A stretch of 64,000 bases of DNA, taken from the NCBI GenBank assembly GCA_030248215.1, contig JASANG010001519.1:1-64000 (forward strand). The letters run 5' to 3'. Under the pieces are notes generated by a model. That model made no database searches and was not told where the DNA came from. It was given only the letters and a program-made list of their open reading frames with translations. Source of the DNA: Enoplolaimus lenunculus. Lineage: Eukaryota. Every line of letters begins with the position of its first letter. The stretch's first letter is position 1. Of the stretch, positions 39,901-53,640 are shown in pieces. The position numbers and the translations under genes are program-made.

Positions 39901-40649
39901 AACCAGTTCCAGTAAAAAATGCAATATCCATCTCCAGTTCCGGTATCCTGTAAATTATTATCCGGTCGCACCCTGTATGCGCACGTGTCCTAAGCTTAGT
40001 ATTACACACTGTACACGATCCGCTAATACCTAAAACTCTACCATCAACTTAACACTCCAATATTATAAGCTGGACAACTGGCAGCAAATTTTATACAACA
40101 AGGAAACACCAAAATATCAAATAAACATTGGATAGTATATCGCACGAGAACCCTCACCTAATAGAGAATAAACAACACACAAATCACATTGGTAGCCATG
40201 TATATCTACGCGGGCACACCGCAGGGACGGTATAATAATTAATTACAAGCCAAAGAATAGTTCATGACATATTAATATTACTCAAAAGTTTTACAATTTT
40301 CGACAATGCCTTTCAGTGGTGTACGTGAAAAATCACACAGATATTTAAATTTACAGTGACTGTTTAGATAGCTGACTACTTTCAGGCTTACTCTGCGTTG
40401 TCCAGTAGCTATATACACCTCTAAACAAAAAGTTGAAAGCAGAACATTCAGAGCCGGCCCGTACACTTCCTGCGTCATTAATTGAAAACCTCAGCGCCAG
40501 GCGCCAATGGTCCTCATTCGTTGCTTGTGAAGGTGATCATAGACTACAACTTTTTACAAGTGGCCATACTATTGCGTGTCGCTTCCAAACTTGCACCGCT
40601 CGCAAGTTTGTATTTTACCTGTGGTTGTAATTCTTGTTTTTTCAGACAT
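33963..40649 (-). CDS. sumo: SUMO (SUMO1/SMO-1-like), 4 exons, not in ORF track
   Basis: Exon 38855-38721 [45 protein letters not shown]. Exon 37293-37222 [24 protein letters not shown]. Exon 34067-33963 [34 protein letters not shown]. All have phase-0 GT-AG sites. Probable exon 1 is 40649-40619, which is 1 nt out of phase and less certain. Confidence 0.93.
37968..38682. mobile_element. Composite of two hAT-like MITE copies in a SUMO intron
   Basis: Two tandem passes of the internal sequence of the 21477 family. Ends TTGCACCCTG. Confidence 0.7.
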
Positions 40650-41219
40650 GGTCGTGAGATATTCGCACAAACGACAGATTCTAAACTAGAATTCCGTGCG
40701 GTAATTAATTGCAAAATCGTGATGTCTACTTGCACAGGCTACACAGCGTAGTTAATAGGATTTCATTTCAGGACGGTCTAATGTGTTCTGAAGGTTTTTG
40801 CGAGCAAGCGTAGAGAGCAAGCGACCTCTGACTTTTATAAGTCTAGAAAGAGACTTAACTTTTACGGGTCGAAAAGTGGCATTTTGTCAGTCGTACAGGT
40901 CACCACAAGGAACTAGTTGCTCATAATTAGCACAGATTACAGCAACTATTGATTTATTTGAAAATATGCCGAACCTTATGAATCTTACGTTTAATGTCTT
41001 TGTGAGTGAATGTAAAAATTATCCGGTCCCTTTGTTTCGACTTGGTTAATATCAAAACAGCTCTGCAACTTAAAGTTTAGAGTTCCAATTTTATCTGTGA
41101 TGCACAATGATTATACAGACACACCGACGCCATATGATAGGTCCTGCATCTTTCGAACCGGGAATGGTTTTAATTTGGCGTACGCGTTCCGCTATCAGCT
41201 CTGTGGACCTAGGTCAAGA

Positions 41220-42177
41220 TGCCAATGTTGCTCTGAGGGGCGTCCCATTTTCCCGCGGGACAGCAACAAGCCAGCACTCTTGCCCATATATTTGTGCTGG
41301 GACGTAAAGACAGCTTCGGGCCTATGTTTTTGCAGGGTCGGACGGGATAGGCAAGACAGCTTTGACGAGGCTCTGTTTTCGCTGGGTCCTCCGTGACAGC
41401 GCCGAGCCTATTTTTTGGTGGGTCGGACGGGACAACTTCGAGCTTGCGTTCTCGGTGGGTGGGCCGGGACAGCCGGGATAGTTTCGAGGATGTGTTTTTG
41501 CTGGGTCGGGTGGGACAGTTGGGATAGCTTCGCGCATACGTAACTTGTCTATTGTGTGTGGGAGTTGGAGGGGCACAACCTATTTGAGAACACAATAAAA
41601 GACACCTTTCTGAGATAAAACTTTCCATACTCTACATAGACAACTTTTTAAATTACGTTTTCAAGGGGCTACTGCCTCCTGAACCCACAGCAACATTATG
41701 GGTCCCTAAGCAGGATGGGGGGCTACCGCCCTCCAAGTCCCCGCACTAAGCGGTTCTCACACTTAAGCTACAAAGACACTGTCCAAAAATTTTGTTCAAA
41801 CGGAGTATTGCTTTGTGTTGTGGTTTGGCGATCGACAATCCCTTATATACAAGGGCTACACGCTGTCCCGGCTGTTCAATCGACCCAGCAAAAAATAGGT
41901 TTGGAGCTGTCTTAACTGTCCCAAACTACCCAGCTAAAATATAGGCTCGAGGTTGTCCCGGTTGTCCCGACCGACCCAGCAAAAATACGGTGTTGAAGCT
42001 GTCCCGACTGTCATGGTAGACCAGGCAAAAATGCGGGCTCGACGCTGTCCCGATTATCCCAACCGATCCAGAACAATCAGGTTTGAAGCTGTCCCGACCA
42101 ACCCAGCAAAAACATTTCACTCCTGGTATATTGCTGTCTCGTGGGTAAATGGGACGCCCCTCAGAGTAACATGGGCC
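41220..42177. mobile_element. Merlin-like non-autonomous element between the divergent SUMO and VPS33 starts
   Basis: ~45-bp TIRs (GCCAATGTTGCTCTGAGGGGCGTCCCATTT / GGCCCATGTTACTCTGAGGGGCGTCCCATTT), GGGACAG subterminal repeats, and a degenerate 8-bp TSD GGTCAAGA/GGACAAGG. Confidence 0.8.
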
Positions 42178-42632
42178 GGACAAGGTATATAGATGAAGCA
42201 CACTCTCTGCATTGCACCTATTAATACTATCATTTCATCTGATTTGTTAATAAGCGGCAAAATTTTTTCTAATAATTCACTGCTTTTCAAACTTAATACT
42301 TTAATACGCATATATTCAAATGGTACCAAATGCCCCGGTTCACAATCAAATTCTTTATGATCTGCTTGTTATCTTTTGTTTATAAAAATAAATTTATGCA
42401 GTAATCTACTTTACTAGTTCTTTACTGAATGCCTTTCCAAAATCATATACGTGTGCAAACAAAAAATGATTTGAATGGATGCATTGGTAAATGTATAGCT
42501 AGTATATTTGTGTAGCAAGTAATTCCAAGGCACTCAGAGTGAAACAAGGCATTGCGTAGTAGCTGCGAAGCGCACAGCATAGTACACTGGTGAACAACTC
42601 ATATAATAGCTGACAGAAATAGTTGAAATAGT

Positions 42633-42706
42633 GCCGCAATAGCTCAGCTGGTAAGAGCGTTGGTCTGGTTAGCCAAATGTCGCTGGTTAATATGCAGCCG
42701 TGGTCA
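42633..42706 (+). pseudogene. Degenerate tRNA-like sequence (SINE head or pseudogene)
   Basis: TAGCTCAGCTGGTAAGAGC D-arm, TTGGT-loop-GCCAA anticodon arm, mutated T-loop. A similar head lies at ~43348. Confidence 0.45.
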
Positions 42707-42806
42707 ATTGTTTTAACTACTTCGTGCTAACAAACATTTGCACACATTTACGGTTGGAAAGCGTTACTTATAATTTCTCAGTGTTATGTTTTCAGCGTAC
42801 TAAGCA

Positions 42807-45800
42807 ATGGTTTTTCCATTTGATAATTTTAATTTGGAAGACTGTTTGGATTTTAGTGGAATAAAATTTTTGTGCGAGCAGTCACTGTACAAAAAACTGG
42901 ATGATATCGAGGGTGAAAAAGTAAGGAAAACGAAAAGAGATTTTTAATATTTGCGTATTACGTCAATATCTCTTACAATACAAACTCAATAGGTATTTTC
43001 TGTCTCATCAATCCGGAATCTATAAATTACAAACATCTGACGCTTTTTTAAACTTATAAAGCTACACAATGAAAACATTGTGTAAATATATTTGTTTAAA
43101 TTACGGTTTACATTTCGCTCTGCAAGCCGGCAGCATTGATGCTGCTCTGATTGGGCAGCTAAAATTACTTAACTTATTTGCGGGGCTTGTTTTTATTTTG
43201 ATAAATTATTCTGGTCCCTGAACTTTCAATATTAAGTTCTTTTGGAAAGTACTTGCCATTTACAGGATTTAGTATGGGATCAGCGCCTTATGTCCCGGTT
43301 TTCATTGTTCACTGGTCAATCTGTCCTGAAAAAGGTAAGAAGAGGTGGGCTACATAGCGCAGTGGTACAGCGTTCGTCTGGTGATGTGTAGTCTGATAGT
43401 TTGAAACCTCCCTGTTAGCCTGTTTTTAAACTACTGCTAGTATTTAGTATGTCGGTATATGGGCATGGTAAGTGTATATGTTTAAAACATAATTGCCAAG
43501 CATGTGCACATATATACCGGAATATGAAGCTGTTGCAATCGATCACACGGTGTAGTTTTAGCATGCTTGACTCGAATTGAATAGAGCATTTTTAACTCTG
43601 GGCAAAACTTCGTACAGGGGTCGGGTACTCTGGAAAGTGGCAAAATATTTGTTTAGAGAACCGGTTGTTTCGTGAGAATAGTTTTAAGTTTGTAAGTTGT
43701 CATGCAACTGACCTCTCCTTTTTTCCATTTTTGTATAAGCAGGCTGTTCAACCTAAGGGCATATTTATATGTTCTACATTCGTACCAGTTATGGGCGGTA
43801 ACTACAAAACCAAATGGCTGACTGTACCCATGAAAATTCAACAAAGTTATGAAAAGTCTCGCTTAATTATGTTTTTGGCAAATTCGAAAAGTCGTTCTCG
43901 GTTACACACCGAAAATAACCTAAACAGGTGTTTTTAGTGGTGGTCTTGGTCTTGGGTTGTTTCCGACACCGCCCATTCCTGCACCATACAGTATTGTGTT
44001 CTCGGTTCATTCAATTAACGGTATTCACCAGTAAAAATGCTGCTAGATGGCATGTATTCGCTTGATGTAAAATTATAAAAGATTGTACATAGTGGCTATA
44101 TGATGGCCCCCACTTTGAAAAAAAGAAAAACATAAAGTATCAAATTGATGTGGAGACCATCGTACTTGAATAGTGCGCCCCAATAGCACTGGTTTAGGAA
44201 CACCGTGTGAGATCGATGTTTGAACTTGGGCGTTCTGGATGGTCAATTAGCAGTCCTACTTCTTCACATGTGGTATTTATTGTCATCGCAGATCAAACAG
44301 CGATGAACGCTATTATAAAATGCATGAGGGCACCTAAAGAGGTTAGTGACGGAATAGGAAAGTTTTTTGACTGCGTGTCGAAAAACTGTTGATGTTAAAT
44401 AAAACCCTGCTACGAAACAAATCATAAGAAATTAAGTAATATGCTAATTTAGTGTGATTCAGTTTTGTGTATATATACGTTTTGTCGAAATATTTACTTC
44501 TGCGATTTAAATCAAAGCGCGATGATCACCAAAGAGCGATACGTACAGTAAACGTCGGCGCAGGAATGTGTATGCGTTTGTGGAATTGTCCCTTTAGGCA
44601 ATTATGGCCTAGTTTTAAAATCTTAGCGAATTCGTTGCGAAGATATTTCAGACTGATTCAAGGCAATTTCATTTGCTGTTGGTGCCAAATACAAGTGTTA
44701 TGTGCTTAAAGCAATTAAAGGAAGCCAGAATATACGATTACTTGCAATCTGTTGCTGAAGTGTCTATTGATTTGTATTTTTTGACGCGGGACGTGATGTC
44801 AATGGAAAAGCCGGACGTTTTTAAGGTAGGCGAGCGTTTGAAAGAAACGAACGTAAGAATTGGATTGGTATTGGTAACTATGTACGTATATAACTTGTGT
44901 ACGCTGTGTGGCAAATTGGTACGTATTTGTGTATATGTTTTTTGTAACTAAAAGCAAAATGGCTTAACTGATATGGTTCATTTTCAATAAATAAGTAATG
45001 TTCTTAACCGATGTGAGCAGTTTATATGTTTATTGAGTTGTCTACTCTGAATTTTTACTATAGAGCAATCTCTGACTCTTGTAACATGACGATCCTAGTT
45101 AGCTTGAAAGCATTGCTGTCCGGTTTATCACAGTGCACCATGACTTAAAAACCAGAGGTCTAGTCTTAGCCCATTGTTAGATTTAGTAATCAATAATTTA
45201 ATTTGATTGGTTTTCTTCATTTACCAAGGAGTTGTATCTTTTTGACGATCAGTCAAGCCTTTGGTCACTTACGAATGGAATTCTGCAAATTGAGTCTCTG
45301 TTTGGAACAATACCGAATATTTTTTACAAAGGTGACTGTGCCCAGGTATGCATCGAGCATCGGAATATCATTATTGTGCTGAGAAGGGATTGGTTATTGG
45401 GGATAAAATTATTAAAGGTATATTGATGTTTATTGTGTTGTGCATGGTTCACAGCAGGTGATTCATCAGTGTTTATATTTTATTTAGCAACACAAAGAAC
45501 TATGTTTACATCAGACTTGACGCTGTAACTTTCTGTAAACTGTAAGATTATTTGTATAGGGAATTTGAAATTAAAGGTGTTTTCAATCGGCGATATGTTT
45601 TCTGTTATGACGGATGTCTTTTCTTCTGTATGTCAATGGCTACGTTTTAACAGCAGAAGGAGAAAGCCAACTATCAAACAGAAGTACTTCTGAAATATTT
45701 TCGAATTGTTGATCCAACTGTCAAATCTGGAACCTTATTAGAATGCGATACTTAGATATTTTGAAAATGAGCTTCTGTGAAGATTAACACTGCGTATTTT

Positions 45801-48800
45801 TACCGATATGCTCTGAGGAATTTAGAGGGTTTTAAGTTCAGGTCAAGGCTTCTTTATGTGCATCCGAAAAATCTGGCTTCCTTATGCGCATCGGAAAAAT
45901 CTGGCGTTCTTATGTGCATCCGAAATTTACAATAAATAATTGCAGAAATCCAGGAAATTTTCTGAAAATGTGGGAAAACAGTTTTTGAAATTGCGCAAAC
46001 GCTATGTTTACCATAAAAATGCTAGTTGACTGTTGTTTCACTAACTGATGCATATCCCTTTTTGAATGATGCAGATTATGGTCAATATATTGCTCAAACG
46101 CAGAGCTGAGGTCAAGCACAAGGTATCGTCGCCTTCGCAACAGTCTGCCATAGAGGCGTTGGTTGTGCTTGACCGCAGCGTTGATCTGCTATCGCCTTTA
46201 ATAACTCAGCTGACGTACGAAGGATTGATTGACGAATTATTTAAATTAAATCAAAGCAAGTAGTTTTTAGTTTTCATGTATTATTTAAAAATGTTCTGTT
46301 ATTTGAGTAACGTTTTTCGTTCATCAATGATTGTAAGGAATAGCTGTTGGCGTTAGTAAACAACTGTGCATTATTCGTGCAACATGAGTTATTGAATAGA
46401 CAGTAAAATAGAACAAAATTCTTTCCCTCATAAGAGTTTTAGGCTAAAGTTCTTTTTTTGTAATAACAAATTCCACTAGAGTGCAGCCAAGTAAGTATGT
46501 CTATTAACACGTAATGTAATATGTAAAATCCAGTCAATTCGGACAGAAATTTCAAATGTGGATGTAGTGACGATACTGAACACCAAAAAGATGACATAAA
46601 AGAGAATCCCGCAAACTATTAGCGTGCGCTTACTCCAGTTCATTTAAGACGTCGTGATGTTGCCGGCTGAAAAGTTTTCTACCCAAGCTCAAGATGGATC
46701 AGGTTCACAGTCAGATGTGTCGCCGAATGAAACAGCAGCTGTAGATAACGATGGGATTGAAAGTCGCCAGGGTGTAAGCGCAACTCACGGTCGTTCTCCC
46801 AGCCAAGCGTTGAAGAAAGTAACCCTGAAGGCTACCTCGGATGATTTGTACCTTGAACTGCGAGATCTCAATTTTCAAGCAGTTGGACCGGCGCTTAGAC
46901 GTGTTATAAAGTCGGTTACTGAACAGTTGGAGGTAAAGTTTCTAAATTAATTAAAACCATTTTGTTTTCTACCGGTGTCGCATAGGATGGTTACAAACCG
47001 CAACTATATTACATTAGAACCTGAAACAATTTATACAAGAATCCGTATCTTGTTTATATATCAGAGTTCAACCGGAACTCCGGTTCCGTCCGGTATTCCT
47101 GCATAATTTCAATTCCTGTTCCTGCATTTAAAGATGCAGAAACCGGACCTTTTATGGTGTTGTGTTAAATTATTCATAAACATTTAAATATTCGAAACCT
47201 TGTCTTTGAAAAATTGTTTTCTCAATTAGTTCAGTCTTGCTAATAAACTGTTCCTAATGTATTTTTGCAATACCTGATTGTGAAATAGCTCAAAATTTGG
47301 TTAAACCATTGTTTTGGTAAAGTTTCCTGAAAAGTCCTACAGTAATTCGGTGATGTGTTAAAACCCTGATATAAAGGGTTTTCGGTACTTGCAAGCAAGG
47401 TTAAAAATTTTCTAGAATGGACAAATTTTTCAAGGAGGCTGGGCCTCCACTGACCTCCCGACCTTGGCTGAAAATTTTGCAAATACCAACGTTATGCGGC
47501 CGCTGCTGCACGAGTGCGTATGGATCCAAACATCATCGCCAAGTTGTTCATGGGACGGTTATACATCTTGTCGTCTTTCTTATTTGTAACTGTAGGAACG
47601 TCACAAAGCAACAACAGTGAGAGATTATCGGGAATTTGTCAAGCGGCTGCCAAAACTGCAAGCCACGCGTGAAGCTGCTGGTCTACACACCAACATTGCA
47701 GAACTTATAAAGCAGACCACAACTACCGGATTGTTTTTGAACAATATTCAAACTGAGCAAGGTACGCAAAGCTACCAGTTTATCAAATCTAGTTTTTTTG
47801 TATGGTCGATATTGCGCCGCTAAACCTGTTCTCTCTCTCGTTGTTCGAACTCTTAATTTTGCATTGACGATAAGACTGTCGTGTAATGTATGCAATTTCT
47901 TGGTGGCTCACGTTACCAGTGTTTGTTGACAACGTGATACACTAAATCAGATGACGGAATTAGTCGATGTTCATCGCAGTGCAAACAAACTTATAGAAAT
48001 TGGAAAATTGAAAGTAATGTAACTGAAATGGAAAAATTGAATGTAATGTAACTGGCATTTCGCTAACACAATCTCGAGTGGGGGCTTTTTCAGAAGTACC
48101 TCCAGGTTCAACCCGGGGGCATTTGCCGAGAGGGGCTTTGAAATGCCACCGGGTTATATCCAGGGGGCACAAAAACTTCGATTTTTTGTAAAATTTATGA
48201 TGGATTTTTCGAGTGGTGGGCTGAACTTGGGGCAATTTGTCGAGTGGGGGGACTTGTGCCTTGTGGTGGGTGGGGGCCCACCTCACAATCGGCAAAACGC
48301 CGATGTAATCGGAAATTTTCTTCCTTCAGGTTGTCTGTAATAATTGAACGTGCTCTGTTTTAGTGTGTGTTGAATTTCGAAATTCTAGAGCTCCTGAATT
48401 GTGTTGACACCGATCGCGTTGTTCCATTTATTGAAGACTGTATAGTTAAAGCGGAGTCATTACCAGTGGTTAGTTAATACTTGTGTACTTGTTTTGCTTT
48501 TTTCGTGAGAAGAATGCAAAACGCGTTTTGGTCACGAACAAACTTATCCAAGAGCATGACAAAAATGAAGTCATTAGGCGATACATAACTCAGCTACATA
48601 TTCTCTGTATTGAACTAGTTTTGTTGTGTTCTGTATAGTGGTTTAGTATTTTGTTTGGGTCTTGCTTAATTATTTTTTGCATTTTTATTAATTGATTTTT
48701 TAGGTATTACGTTTAATCTGTATTCAGTCTCTTACAAATGATGGGTTGAAAGCAAAAGTGTTCGAGTCGTACAGGACGCAGATTGTGCAGGTATAGTGTC

Positions 48801-51316
48801 CCTGTTAATAAAAGAATCACTAGCGCTATGTGCATTGTTTAAATCACGGTCGCGCTTTTAAAATATATGCGTTACAAGGAAGCTTGCGGTGCTCCTTGAA
48901 GTGTCATCAACGGTTTTTCAGGACTAATTACTCCTCCAATTTGTATCCATGATGAAATGGCAACCCTAACAGGTTTATTATTTGATCATGGTTTTTTATG
49001 TGCTTAAGTGTTGAAAATGTGCCCATTTTCAAATGCGCTTTATATTCTGCAGTTATTGTTTTTTAAATCGATTAGCACATATTTCTACTACGTGAGAGCA
49101 ATAGCTTATTACTATACAATATAATGCATGTAGCTGAGAATTTTATGCTGCACGGGTCATTGTGAAAATATTTTTCATTGTTTCAGTCGTATGGAATTCG
49201 CTCACTCATACTGCTCTATAACCTTGAACGTGTAGGTTTAATTCGCGTACAAAATTCTAAGCATTCCAACGCTTACGCTCCAGTCAAATTACACGAAGGG
49301 TTTTCTTCACTTCGTAAAACAATGCGGCTGATTGTTGACGAAGTAAATGAATTGGTAAGAATATTTTAATGGTTTCTTTGTAGCGCAATACTTGTTGCTT
49401 GAATATCGCACATTGATAGTTACCTTCCGATACAGCATATTAACGGATGAGGGATATTTTTTCTCTCAACCCATAAAAGTATCAAATACCGAATGCATCC
49501 GTAGACGGACGCGGTCGCAGGCACACGCAGATGTAAACGCACCCATCTGAATGTTAACACGTACAGGAGACGAACGCAACAGCAGGCTAAGTATTTTGAA
49601 ACCAATGTTACATAGAGTTTGTTCTAAATGGACGCGATGTTAATATTACTCTTATACACAACTTGAAGTCAACAGCACTGCAAACGCAAGCGAAAACACG
49701 GTCCGATTATTAACCACAGATGCTTGCACTTGCGTGTGTCTGCTCGCGTGAAATGATCATTAATTGTGACCGCAACTATTGTTATAGTATTAACGGCTCG
49801 TTGTGTCTTATTTTTAGGTGTAGGAGTTTTACAAGTACTGCATTGATGTCATATAAAACCATGCTGTATAAAACTTCTTGGACATGGAGATTAGGTGACT
49901 TTGGATTTGGCATCGATTTGCTGTTCAGATGTAATAACTAATTTGGAATTGCTACAATACTATAAGTTTTTGTATTTGTAGTAAATGCTCTGTTGTCATT
50001 TTTCAACGTTGCATACTGTGTGAATGCTGAATTTCGATCATCTTAAGGAACCAAATGATCTGTCATATGTTTGGAGTGGGTACGCCGGTATACTTGCTCG
50101 ACTGATGCAGTATTGGAATAAGCCGGGATGGAGAACAATGCACGATGTTATGAAGCGTCTACCGGGAGCATTTGGCACTCTGGACCACGAGCTTCAGCAA
50201 AAAGTTATACGAGGTATACGGTATTGCATAGACATTTTTAAAATAACGAAAAACTTCATACGTCGTGATTATGGTTTTGAATAAAACGCTGCGGCCAGTA
50301 GTTTGAAGTTTAAAAAATATTGAATACGCAGATGCAGGGCGCAACTGGCGGTCAAAAATAGCGGAGCCGAAGCCTGAGGTGAGCAAAATTTGCCGGAGAT
50401 GAAGCCGGAAATGCGGCGAAATTAGTTAGTTAGATTGATGTTCTGTATGCAAATTTTACCAAATATCTGTAAGGTCTGGTTAAATTTTTTGGTTTTAAGT
50501 TATTTCTTATGAAATCTCGGCAATTTTTCTTCACAATATATTGTAGCAAACGTTAAAACTAAACGCTCCAAACGAAAAAATTTGCAAAACTGCAATATGT
50601 CACTATCGAAATTGTAGTAGCTTCTGCCAGCACGATCGATTTTTGCCGAAATCAGAGTTAACCGGCGCACATGGTTTTTCTTGTGTCACCCACGTGTTGC
50701 ATTATTCAATCAAGGTTCTGTTTAGTGAAATATTCTGTTATTGTTGCAAAAAACTTGTGCTAAAAACCAGTTATATCTCAGGCTATTTAAAATTGATTGA
50801 ATTGATTCCTATGTATTTTTATGTGAGTAACAGGAGTCACAAGTGCAAACAACCTTCAGAAAACTGAGGAAGAGACGAGACGGAACGTTTTGGTTGTGTT
50901 TGTAGGTGGTGTCGCCTACGCTGAAATATCAGCGTTACGATTTCTCGGTGCTAAAGATGGTAAGTTTCGATAATGTGCTTTGCATAGTAAACGCGTGATA
51001 CCACAACAGTACATGCAACAAGCGAAAATGCCGTAAATGAAACAAATAGCATGCTGGACTTTATACTACACAGCTGTATCGCGATTATGTATACTTGGCA
51101 CAACTAATGTGAGTATAAAAGTAATGGAATTTCCTGTATTTCTATAGCGGAAGCGCACACGATCACCGCAGCCTGACAAATACACGTCAGAAATTTTGCA
51201 TAACCTCGACTTGACGCAAATTGGTTGATTGCATTTTCGTCATTTCAGGTATCAATTATCTTATAGTTACGACTCATATGACTTGTGGTAACCAAATGAT
51301 TGAAACGATGTCGTGA
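42807..51316 (+). CDS. VPS33A: Vacuolar protein sorting 33 (Sec1/Munc18 family, VPS33A-like), 14 exons
   Basis: Exons 42807-42920, 43266-43334, 44198-44341, 44652-44825, 45229-45345, 46075-46255, 46649-46932, 47596-47761, 48389-48468, 48704-48790, 49187-49354, 50048-50213, 50834-50959, 51249-51316. Motifs [66 protein letters not shown]. Confidence 0.92.
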
Positions 51317-53640
51317 ATGATTCTTTAAATCTTAATACAATTGGGTGAAATGTCATATGAAAGATCGCCATAATATGTTGTTAATGCATTAGAATATTTT
51401 TGAAAGTCTGAAAGGTCTTGTTTTTGTAGGGTTCTCTATGAAGTATATATGCGTAATGGGCCACTGTAAAGAACAGGGGCGGAGCAGTATAATAAGTATA
51501 TTCCTGAGCCTAGGCCGCAAGCAAAAAATTATTGTAAAACTTAAGGTTCTATTTACACGAAATATATGCTCGTGATGTAATATGTTGCGTATCAGAAAAC
51601 GAATCTTGTTGAAAACTGGTTTTTATTTTCAACATTTTATACATTTGTGATTTCTTATTTGCCGATATAGTTATTCTGTGTATATTGAACAAACTTTTTT
51701 ACCCATCTGTGATATATCTTTTGTCCGTACGTTAATACATTAATAAAAAAAGCCTTATTGTTGAAATACAGATGTAAGTGTAGTTTTCTCGGCAACTAAT
51801 TGATGCAAAAAACAGGCAAAAGGGTATAACTTTTATAAAAGCACGACAGTTTGCTTCCGCAATTGCCGCTGTTTGAAAATCGGTCCATAAAGTTTATACC
51901 CGAACCAAATTTTACAAAGAATCAACAGACCCTCGCATTTGTGTATTCTGTAATGAAAATCTGACCGTTTGAGATTTTCTCGGGAAAATTCGGACCCCGC
52001 AATTTGTGCCATTTCAGAATAAATGCGTCCTGGCTCACTTTTATATGGTAAAATCGGATTACCGATTAACCTTAAGCTTTACTGCCTTTAAACTTTTTCT
52101 CAATTACAAAATGCCTCGGGGAACAAAAACATTTGAGAATTTTGGTCACATTTCAGTTCGCCAAAATTGCAGTATAAAGACCCCATATTTATAACAGGAC
52201 ACAACCGGAAATCTGCCTCAAAAGATGAGTTTAGAGGTTTAAGCAATTCTAATACATTTATTGTCGAGATTTTGCCGAAAAAAGCAGCTTTTACAAACAA
52301 TTTTATGACAATTTTTGCATTAAATAGTGTCAATTTTAGGGGTCATATTTTTCACAGTAACATACCGTTTCGCGGAATCTGTCGGGCGACAGATAATATT
52401 TTACAAGGATGGCAGGTCGATTTAGTGGTAGAGGTAGACCTCCGGATGCACACTATTGAAAAACTTAGGCACGTCAAATGATAATAGGAAATATTGACGG
52501 AAAATGTGGTGAAGTAACGTTTCTGACACCCAGTCATTTTCTCGTATTCTATACCAGTCTCGCAGTTTATTATCGCAACCAGCTGTCGGACGAGTCACCC
52601 AGTCATTTTTATATGCACCGTAAAATATCAAAAACGTTGGTTTTGTTTTAAAGCTTTTTGGTCGAGGAGAGGGTCCCAAATCGGAAAAATATAGGTCTTT
52701 TAATCGACCTTAGACATAAAGCAAGATATATCCAGATTTTTTGTCGGTAAAACGTGTTTGCGTTTTTATTTCTAAGCAATGTTCGAAAATACCTGTAGTC
52801 TTTGAGACTGCAAACCATCTTAGGATTAAGATGGAAACGATATTGTGTTTTAGCGAATGTACAAATTTATGCAGATCGCTTATAAGTGTTAAATCGAAGT
52901 AGTCACAGTTCGGCGCAAGGAAGTACTCTGTGTCATTTTGTCGAAATCCTTTAGCTAGGATAGTTATTACAGCTTTATAAGTTTGTATACAGAACGAATG
53001 AATCAAAATTCGGAGGACTAAGTGCAGCGACAGCACTGTAGTAGCAAAACCTTATGATAACTACAAGTTGATTCGCACGGCTCGAGACAAGTACGTACTT
53101 TGCGGTATGTGCCAGGACGTTTTCTAAACTTAAACATAGTAATATATAGTTCAATTTATTTGACGCACTGCTGGGGTGTGGTATGGCTTTGTTTTCGTCA
53201 GTTTTTATTTCATGTCAATAAAATTTGATAAGTAGTCTTCATTTCAATACAAGTTGCTTCCATCAGTAAAGAGACGCTCACCGTTAATGGAAATTTACAA
53301 ATTTCGCTCCCAGTTTAGCAGATTCCAGTAACGAGCTGCCATTAGGTTGCGGTCGAACCCTAAACGTCTTTAAATGATTCGAATTCGGTTGCGAGCACGT
53401 ACACCGCAATGGAAGAAAATACGTCATGTGCGGTATTATACAATCAATTATGTTTTAGGCATATGCTTGCTTACAGGCTATATATTCTATTACTCGTACT
53501 GCTATGTGGACACTATGCTGCTAGCATCGTAATGCTGTAGTGTTGTGCTGATCGGCTAATGGTCGGTGTTTTGAATTCAATCTTAAATACCTTACTTTTA
53601 AACTAGGTTTTGAATATGAATATATTATAACAACTTGTCC

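Noticed and set aside
42633..42706. Functional tRNA gene
   Set aside because: The T-loop lacks TTCRA and the acceptor stem is mismatched.
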